This document shows, piece by piece, positions 57,189-64,000 of a DNA stretch of 64,000 nucleotides. This stretch comes from an uncultured Actinomycetota bacterium (GTDB lineage Bacteria > Actinomycetota > Actinomycetes > S36-B12): positions 908,195 to 972,194 of the forward strand of contig CAVVOF010000003.1 of NCBI GenBank assembly GCA_963749905.1, written 5' to 3'. The position numbers were made by a program, and so were the translations under genes. The notes beneath the pieces were generated by a model that worked only from the letters and a program-made list of their open reading frames with translations, did no database searches and was not told the DNA's origin. The stretch's first letter is position 1. The number at the start of each line of letters is the position of its first letter.

Positions 57189-58295
57189 GTGAAGGTCACC
57201 TTGATGGGAACGCGCGGCGTTCCCGCGCTCTACGGTGGCTTCGAGACGGCGGTGGAGGAGATCGGCAGGCGGCTTGCTGCCCGCGGATACGACGTGACCG
57301 TGTACTGCCGCAATCCCGGGCAGCGGCTGACCACCTACGAGGGCATGACGCTCGTGAACCTGCCCGCCGTCCGGCACCGCATGACCGAGACGCTCTCGCA
57401 CACCGCATTCAGCACCGCGCACGCGATCGTGAAGGAGCACCCGGACGTCGTGCTCCTGCTGAATGCAGGCAACGCGCCACTGCTGAAGCCGCTCGCGATG
57501 GCCGGCATCCCGACGGCCATCCACCTGGACGGTCTCGAGTCCAAGCGCGAGAAGTGGCGCGGTGCCGGGGCGAAGTACTACCGATGGGCGGAACGAGCGT
57601 CCGTCGACTGGGGTGTCGAGGTGATCGCGGACGCGCAGGCCATCGCCGACCACGTGAAGGCGAGGTACGGGCGGGACTGCGTGGTGATCCCCTACGGGGC
57701 CGAGGTGATCGACCCCGGATCGGACCGGATAGGCGAACTCGGGCTCCAACCAGGGGCGTACCACCTGATCGTCGCGAGATTCGAGCCGGAGAACCATGTC
57801 CTGGACGCTGTGCACGCCTTTCGCGAGAGCGCCGAGGAGCGCCCACTCGTCGCGGTGGGCAGTGCTCCCTATGCACAGTGGTACGTAGACAAGGTGCGTG
57901 AAGCCGCTCGAGGGGATCAGCGGATTCGCTTCACCGGCGGCATCTACGACCAGGCACTGCTGGACCAGCTCTACGCCAACTGCACGGCCTACATCCATGG
58001 GCACTCGGTGGGCGGCACCAATCCGTCACTCCTGCGGGCGATGGGCGCGGGCGCTCCAGTGCTGGCGTACGACGTGGAGTTCAACCGCGAGGTCACCGCG
58101 GACCAGGCGTTCTTCTGGAAGGACGCCGATGCACTGACGGGACTCCTGAGTGAGATTGCGTCCGGCATGCATGACGGGAGGCTCCAAGAGCTGCGCGCAC
58201 TTGGGCAACAGCGCGTGCTCGAGGCGTACCAGTGGGATGCTGTGACGGATGACTACGAGGCACTCATCCAGCGGCTCGCGGCCCGTCGCCGCTAG
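57189..58295 (+). CDS. GT4-family glycosyltransferase (DUF1972-type N-terminus, rhamnosyltransferase-like)
   Basis: VKVTLMGTRGVPALYGGFETAVEEIG, HGHSVGGTNPSLLRAMGAGAPVLAYD. Confidence 0.85.
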   Translation: MKVTLMGTRGVPALYGGFETAVEEIGRRLAARGYDVTVYCRNPGQRLTTYEGMTLVNLPAVRHRMTETLSHTAFSTAHAIVKEHPDVVLLLNAGNAPLLKPLAMAGIPTAIHLDGLESKREKWRGAGAKYYRWAERASVDWGVEVIADAQAIADHVKARYGRDCVVIPYGAEVIDPGSDRIGELGLQPGAYHLIVARFEPENHVLDAVHAFRESAEERPLVAVGSAPYAQWYVDKVREAARGDQRIRFTGGIYDQALLDQLYANCTAYIHGHSVGGTNPSLLRAMGAGAPVLAYDVEFNREVTADQAFFWKDADALTGLLSEIASGMHDGRLQELRALGQQRVLEAYQWDAVTDDYEALIQRLAARRR

Positions 58296-58304
58296 GAGTC
58301 CGCG

Positions 58305-59141
58305 ATGACGCGCATTGCTGCCGTGCTGGTGACGAGCAATTCGCAGCGCTGGCTCGGCGCGACCCTGGACAGCATCGTCAGTCAGACGCGTCAGCCTGAC
58401 GAGATCGTCGTCGTCGACGATCGGTCCGTTGACAGTACCCGCGACATCCTCCATCGGATGCTCGGCACCCGAGTGCGCATCGTCGACTCGACCGCACAGT
58501 CGATGGACCGGGTGTCTCGCATCGCGCACAACTTCCGGCAGGGGCTGGAGGAGGCCCGTGACTTCGATGCCGCCGTTCTCGGCGACCATGACGATGTCTG
58601 GCACGCGAATCGCATCGGCCACCAGGTGGGACTCCTGGAGACGTGGCGTGACGAGACGATGGTCGCGTCAGATGGCCGACTCGTGGACGAGTCGGGCGAA
58701 CCGATCGGCGGCACACTTCGCACGGCATTCCCCGTGCCGTTGGACTGGGCGACGGCTTCGGCAGCCGAGCGGATGCGCACGACCCTTCGCTACTCCGTAG
58801 CCACCGGAGGTGCCAGCGCGGTGCGCCCCGTCGCGTTCGCGGATGTGCCCATCCCTGCCGGTTGGCTGCACGATCGGTGGTGGAGCCTGGTCGCGGCGTC
58901 GCGGGAGGAGCTGCGCGTCGATGACGAGTGCGTGATCGATTACCGGGTGTCCCGCGGCCAGGAGGTCGGCCTGGATCGTGGGCAGCAGGACCGCTCGCGT
59001 CGGGAGCGTGTGCAGGGAGCCGTCCGGCGACTGCCCACGTCCACTCGTCGGCTCCTGGAGGTGGCGTCCCTCAGAAGCCAGGCCACGGACGCGACAAAGC
59101 GTGAGCTGAGCCCCCGACGCTTGGTGCAGAATCTGGCGTAG
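58305..59141 (+). CDS. GT2-family glycosyltransferase
   Basis: AAVLVTSNSQRWLGATLDSIVSQTRQPDEIVVVDDRSVDST, LGDHDDVW (DxD-like). Confidence 0.8.
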   Translation: MTRIAAVLVTSNSQRWLGATLDSIVSQTRQPDEIVVVDDRSVDSTRDILHRMLGTRVRIVDSTAQSMDRVSRIAHNFRQGLEEARDFDAAVLGDHDDVWHANRIGHQVGLLETWRDETMVASDGRLVDESGEPIGGTLRTAFPVPLDWATASAAERMRTTLRYSVATGGASAVRPVAFADVPIPAGWLHDRWWSLVAASREELRVDDECVIDYRVSRGQEVGLDRGQQDRSRRERVQGAVRRLPTSTRRLLEVASLRSQATDATKRELSPRRLVQNLA

Positions 59142-59145
59142 TCAC

Positions 59146-60846
59146 CTACCAGGTGAGGCGGGTGACGCAGACGTGCGCCTCGGGCGAGCCGATGCCGAGG
59201 AAGGGCACGGCCGTGCACTCGGGCACCGAGGCCCGGGCTTGAGGGGGCAGCGACTGCCAGAACGTGTATATCTGCTCGCGCGAGGGCGCGTACATGGCGA
59301 TCGCCGACGGTCGCACGTCGGCCAGCCGAACGGACTCGTCCGCTGTCATCGTCGCGCTGTAGCTGACGGCGTTGTAGTTGCTCCACAACTGCATCGCCGC
59401 GATGCCGGCCGTGAGCCGATCCTGGTCCACCCACGTCCCCACCGTGTCGTCCGGTGACGTCACGCCAAGGACGAACTCCTGCGCAGCCACCTTGGCGCGC
59501 ATGAGGTCCTCGATCTGGAAGTCCTCGTAGGCCGCACGGAACGGGAACTGTCCATAGATGCCGAGCAGTCCGCGCCCGTTCTGCAGCAGTTGAGCACCAC
59601 CGGCGAGTACCGCCAGTGCCACGACAACGCCGACCCCCGTCCATGCCCTTTCGGGCCATCTCCGCCACGCGAGGGCGGCTGCCGCGAACACCGCCGCGAT
59701 GAGGACGAGGATCAGCAGGCCTTGGCTGCCCGTGAGCTCACGTGACGAGTGGCCGGCCCAGATGGTGACGGCTACCGCCCCGGCTCCCACAATCCACACC
59801 GGCCAGCGCAGCTGCCCTCGACCAACCACCGCTCCGAACGCCAGAGCGGCTCCGGCGAGGGCACCCGGCCAGAGCAGTGCGCCACGTACGTGGGTGCTTC
59901 GAGCCACGGGCCGGGCACGAGCCACAGGTAGCCGAAGGTGAACGCCCAGTTCAGCGATGACACCACGAGGGCGGCCGCCGCGACCCGGCGGTCGCGACCG
60001 ACCCACAGGGCGATGAGCGCGACGAGGACTGCGGCAAGCGGAACGAGCAGCGCGATGTCGCGTCGCCACACGTCGGGGTCGCCGACGAACACGGCGTAGT
60101 CAAGACGCGAGTTCCACTCGAGGTAGGTGCCCAGCCACGACCGTCCGGGGAAGATGGCCCACCCGGCCACCAGGAACACGGCTCCGGTCGAGAGCAGCGC
60201 CGACGACACCGGCCGCCGCGTCACGGGCAAGCCGCCGCCAGCGGACGTCGCCGTCGCGGATGACCGCCATCACCCACAGTCCGAGCCACATCGACAGGCC
60301 GAGCAGCATCCCGTACGGGTTCACCATGGCCAACCACGCCAGCAGTGCGCCCGAGAGCAGCGCGGGCAGCCAGGAAGGGTGTGGGTGCCCGAGTGCCCGC
60401 CACGCCCCGACCAGCAGCAGGGCGAGCACGCCGGCGAGCAGCGTGCCCGTCAGGTAGGTGTTGCCGACGAAGCTGAGTACGACGGTGTTCAGCGCGGCGA
60501 GGGCGGAAGCGATCACCGCGAGGGGTCGGACGCTGGCCAGCCGCACCAGGCCGTAGACGGCGCCGACGATGACGAGGATCAGCAGGAACCGCCAGGTGGC
60601 GAATCCTGCCCAGGGCCCGAGGAGTGACGTCAGCAGTCGGACCGGCGCGATGTAGCCCAGGCGCGTGGTCGTGTACGCGGGGTCGATGGCGCGTCCGGCC
60701 ACGTCGTCGCCGAAGAGCGCCAACGACGCGTAGAACTCCGAGTCCGGAGAGTTGAAGCCGGTCCAGCGCTGGGCACCGGAGAGGAAGGCCGCGAATCCGG
60801 CGATGAGGAATACGAGGCCAGCGTCCAGGAATCCGGACTTGCGCAT
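59146..60846 (-). pseudogene. Polytopic membrane protein (GT-C-like?) with two compensating frame changes
   Basis: Frame A MRKSGFLDAGLVFLIAGF...NSPDSEFYASLAL...LGLWVMAVIRDGD. Frame B PVSSALLSTGAVFLVAGW...FGYLWLVPGPW (about 60230 to 59900). Frame A again ALLWPGALAGAALAF...to the stop at 59146. Confidence 0.6.
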
Positions 60847-60901
60847 CTTCCCCGCCACGTCGGCAGGATACGGGTCCACCGGGCTCCCCTACGCTGGGCG
60901 C

Positions 60902-62745
60902 ATGGCCGGTCTGCTCCTCGACGTCACCGACCTCGTGGAGTTCCTGCAGAGGCAGGAGTCCGTGTCCGGAGTCCAGCGGGTGATCGCCGAGACGGTGCCG
61001 CTGATCCTCGCTGAGGAGCTGTCCAGCCGCGCGGTCGTGCTCGACCGTCCGCGCGGCGTGTTCGTGACCCTCACGGACGCAGAGACTCGGGTGCTTGTGG
61101 CAGAAGGGGCCTCCACGCGCGGCAGCAACGATCGCGCCAACCTGGCGGCTGCAGCTCTCAGCCTGTCTCGCACGCGCGCATACAGCCGAACCGGTCGTGA
61201 TCGACCGGCAGCACGACCCTGCTGTTCCTCGGCGCCGTGTGGATCAACGACGCCCTCATGCTCGCGGCCCGTGACGCGCACGCCGCGGGTGCCCGGTGCG
61301 TGTACCTGCTCTACGACCTCACCCCTGTGCTCGAAACCGGGCACACAGCCGCGGTCCACCAACTCTTCGATCGCTACCTGAACCTCATCACGCAGACGGG
61401 TTCGAGGGTCCCCGCCATCTCGAACTCCAGCCGACGCGACTACGAGCGCTACTGCGCGGCCCGCGGCTGGCAACCACCGGCTGGAGGTGCGACCGCCCTG
61501 CCGTGCGGCATCGAGCCGGGCGCCGCGACCGGTGGGGACCGCCCCTGGCCGCGTCCGTACGCCCTCTTCGTCGGGACCGTCGAAGCCCGCAAGAACCACA
61601 TCCTTGCGCTCCGAGCCTGGGAGCGGCTCATCGAGCGGCATGGCGCGGAGGGCGTGCCCGACCTGGTGTGCATCGGCCGCTTGGGCTGGCATGCCGACGA
61701 GTTCCTCGACGCCTACGTGCGGACCCGAGGGCTGGGCGGCAAGGTGAGCGTGTTGTCTGCCAGCGTTTCCGACGCCGATCTGCGCAGCTTCTACGCGCAT
61801 GCGGACTTCACCGTGTACCCGTCCCGCTACGAGGGCTGGGGGCTGCCGGTCTCGGAGAGCCTCGCGTTCGGGAAGCTCCCAGTGGCGGCGCGCAACTCGT
61901 CGATCCCCGAGGCCGGCAGAGAACTCGCCGCATACTTCGAGACCGACGACGTGGACGACTTCGTGCGCGTGCTTGAGGAGTCAGCCCTCGACGAGACGGC
62001 CCGCGCGGCTGCGGAGGAGCGGATCGCCGCGGACGGTGCAGACCCCATCACCTGGCAGGACGTCGCCGCGATCCTGCTGACAGAGGTGCGCGCGGCTGCG
62101 GACGAGGAGGCGAGGACGCCCGTGATCCCCGAGATCGAACTTGGACGTGAGTACATGCTGGCGGTTGGCCAAGCGCCACCCGATGGGGGCTACGCCGACC
62201 GCTACTACGCGCACCTGACCTCTGAGGGGTCGACGCCCCTGCTGGGTCAGCCTCGAGGCGAGCGGGACTTCGAGGTGGTCGATGCCGCCGTCATCGGCAC
62301 CTTCGGGGCGCCGCAGGCCTGGGGCAATGAGGTACGTCCGGGCCGCCGGGTCGACGTGCGGATCACCCGTCCCGTCGACGGCCCGCTCGTGCTGCTTCTG
62401 TCGACGCGCTCCATGCCCGGGGTGGCGACGATCGAGGCTGCTGGCCCGGGGGGTCCTGTTCGGGAGGACGTCTACCTGGGGTCCGTGATCACGCTGCCGC
62501 TGGGCGACGGACGGGCGGGGGAGCCCGCCCAGGTGTCCTTCACGGTCGTCGACGCGCACGATTCGATCGAGGGTTTCCTCGGGATTCGATCGTTCGTGGT
62601 GCTGCGAGCCGACGACCTGCAGGCGCAGGTGGTCGCGCACAAGGCGGCCGCCGCGGCCCTGCGCCAGGAACTCGACTTCATGACGAGTACCCGCTCGTGG
62701 AAGGTCACCGCGCCGCTGCGCAAGATGAAGGGCCGCGGCGCCTAG
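60902..62745 (+). pseudogene. GT4/GT1-type glycosyltransferase with C-terminal extension, one or two frame changes at ~61150-61225
   Basis: MAGLLLDVTDLVEFLQRQESVSGVQRVIAETVPL (frame 1). LLFLGAVWINDALMLAARD...YPSRYEGWGLPVSESLAFGKLPVAARNSSIPEAG (another frame). A CCC run lies at the junction. Confidence 0.68.
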
Positions 62746-62751
62746 GGGCTG

Positions 62752-62809
62752 TGCTGCGGCACTTGTGGCTGGCCGGTGTCCGGAATGTCCAGCCACGAGT
62801 GCCGCAGCA
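62752..62809. repeat. Hairpin repeat, copy 3 (inverted orientation, variant loop)
   Basis: TGCTGCGGCACTTGTGGCTGG-CCGGTGTCCGGAATGT-CCAGCCACGAGTGCCGCAGCA. The stem matches copies 1 and 2 with one change. The reverse complement of the loop matches the copy-1 loop at 10/16 positions. Confidence 0.8.
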
Positions 62810-62814
62810 AGGAG

Positions 62815-64000
62815 CTAGCGCTTCTTCTTCTTGGGCGGGTTGGTGATGGTGATCGTGTACGTCTCGCTGCCCGGGGTGAGGGTGGCACTGCCCGGCGACA
62901 CCGCGGTCACCTGACACTGGCCGGCGGCGAGCGCAGTGAGCACGGCACCGGCGATCACGCACGGACCCTGCTCGCTGAACAGCACCTGCGTGCCGGACTG
63001 ACTCGCGCCCACCAGCGTCACCGTCGAGCCGGTGGTCATGTTGATGGGCTTGGCGATGTTCCACACCGGCTGCCCAGGCGGGTCCACGGTGATGTTGTCG
63101 ACGGACTTGGCGGGCAGCACGTTCACGGTCTGGCTGACGTTGCCGTTGTACCAGAGCAGCCCGGCCTGGGTCGGCCGGGCGCCCGTGTACTGGACGTTGA
63201 TCGTGTGGACGCCACTGGCCGGGGGAGCCCACTGGAAGCTGGACACGCCGTTCACTGTGGGGATCGATCCGCTGATGCCTTGGCCGTCCCAGGACCACGA
63301 CACCGTGCCGTCCGGGATGCCTGCGCCCAGCACGGCCTGCAGCGTCGTCTGGCTGCCGACGTAGAGGTTCGTGGGCCAGCGCATCGCGACCGTGGTCACC
63401 GCGGTCGTGGAGTTCGGCTGCGAGATGGGGCTGGTGGACGCCAACTGGCCTTCGGAGGCTGGCGAGTACGTCGCCTGGACGGCGATCCCACCGCTTGATG
63501 TCGGGGTCCACGGAATCGTCGCGGTGGACGTGTTGGCGCCGAACGAGCCGGTCAGGGGGGCGCTGGCCAGGGCGTTGCCGCTGCCACCGGTCTGCAAGGT
63601 GACCGAACCCGTGGGCGCCAGGGTCCCGATGGGCGCCACGACTGCGGCGAGGATGTTGTTGCTCGACTCCCTGCTGCACCTCGTTCTGTGCGAGCAGCAC
63701 CGTGTACGTCGGCATCGGCGCCACCGACGCCGACGTCGAACCCAGGTTCGAGATGACGCCCAGGCCGTTGATGGTCCAGGTGCCTGCCCCACCGGGAGTC
63801 CACGACACCGAGCCGTAGCCGTTGGACCCGATCGTCGTCTGCAGTGTCTGCGAGGTTCCGCCGACCTGGAGGCCGATGGTCACCACCTGCCCGATGGCCT
63901 TCGGGGCGTTGATGACGATCTGCTCGGTCACCCCGACCATCCCGTTCGGGACGGCGATGAAGCCGTTGGATGCGGCTGACGCAGGGGAGGCGACCCCGAA
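62815..64000 (-). pseudogene. Ig-like-repeat surface protein, 5' end beyond the window, one frame change at a CCC run (63669..63671)
   Basis: Repeated Thr/Ser/Gly-rich beta-type segments (GSVSWTPGGAGTWTING; GTVSWSWDGQGISGSIPTVNGVSSFQWAPPASGVHTINVQY). Junction ...LLAQNEVQQ|ESSNNILAAV. Ends PPKKKKR. Confidence 0.6.

Overview
High-GC actinobacterial chromosome window centred on the replication origin. About 1-24.5 kb is the conserved core. On the minus strand it holds jag, yidC, yidD, rnpA and rpmH. On the plus strand it holds dnaA, oriC, dnaN, recF, a DUF721/DciA-like gene, gyrB, gyrA, DUF3566, tRNA-Ile, a 41-aa ORF, tRNA-Ala, ppiA, a rhomboid protease and a thiolase. These are followed by crgA, DUF881 and pabA/trpG, then the minus-strand operon fhaA-fhaB-pstP-rodA-pbpA-pknB, which ends at tRNA-Leu(CAG). 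To the right of tRNA-Leu the content is accessory. It starts with a 1.3-kb islet (DUF1059 plus a SigJ-type ECF sigma) bracketed by the tRNA and a decayed copy of its 3' end. Next comes a secreted lytic transglycosylase chained by 4-nt overlaps to a methylthioadenosine salvage operon (mtnA, class II aldolase, mtnP, mtaD). After that are HAD and AhpD-like genes, a decayed DUF222/HNH gene, a META lipoprotein-like gene, a degenerate GGDEF protein, an AraC-Ogt fusion, EamA, a geranylgeranyl reductase, an RHH-like protein with an AT-rich palindromic operator, fcl plus two ABM genes, a CoA-transferase and an Fpg/Nei glycosylase. The last ~19 kb is a cell-envelope glycan locus: two GH-A hydrolases, a priming glycosylphosphotransferase, DUF4012, large membrane proteins, rmlC, GT4/GT2/GT1-type transferases and an Ig-repeat surface protein. 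I saw no rRNA, CRISPR array, intact transposase or integrase, and no canonical defence system. The three observations I rate highest are these. (1) A 70-nt perfect-hairpin repeat family has three copies, and two identical direct copies bracket a frameshifted DUF559 nuclease gene. (2) At least ten apparent reading-frame breaks fall in only seven non-essential genes, several per gene, and none fall in the essential core. (3) An uncharacterised module (DUF4012, a 652-aa polytopic protein and an FG-GAP protein) sits inside the glycan locus. All calls rest on reading translations and motifs by eye. No homology search was run, and motif coordinates may be off by 1-2 nt.
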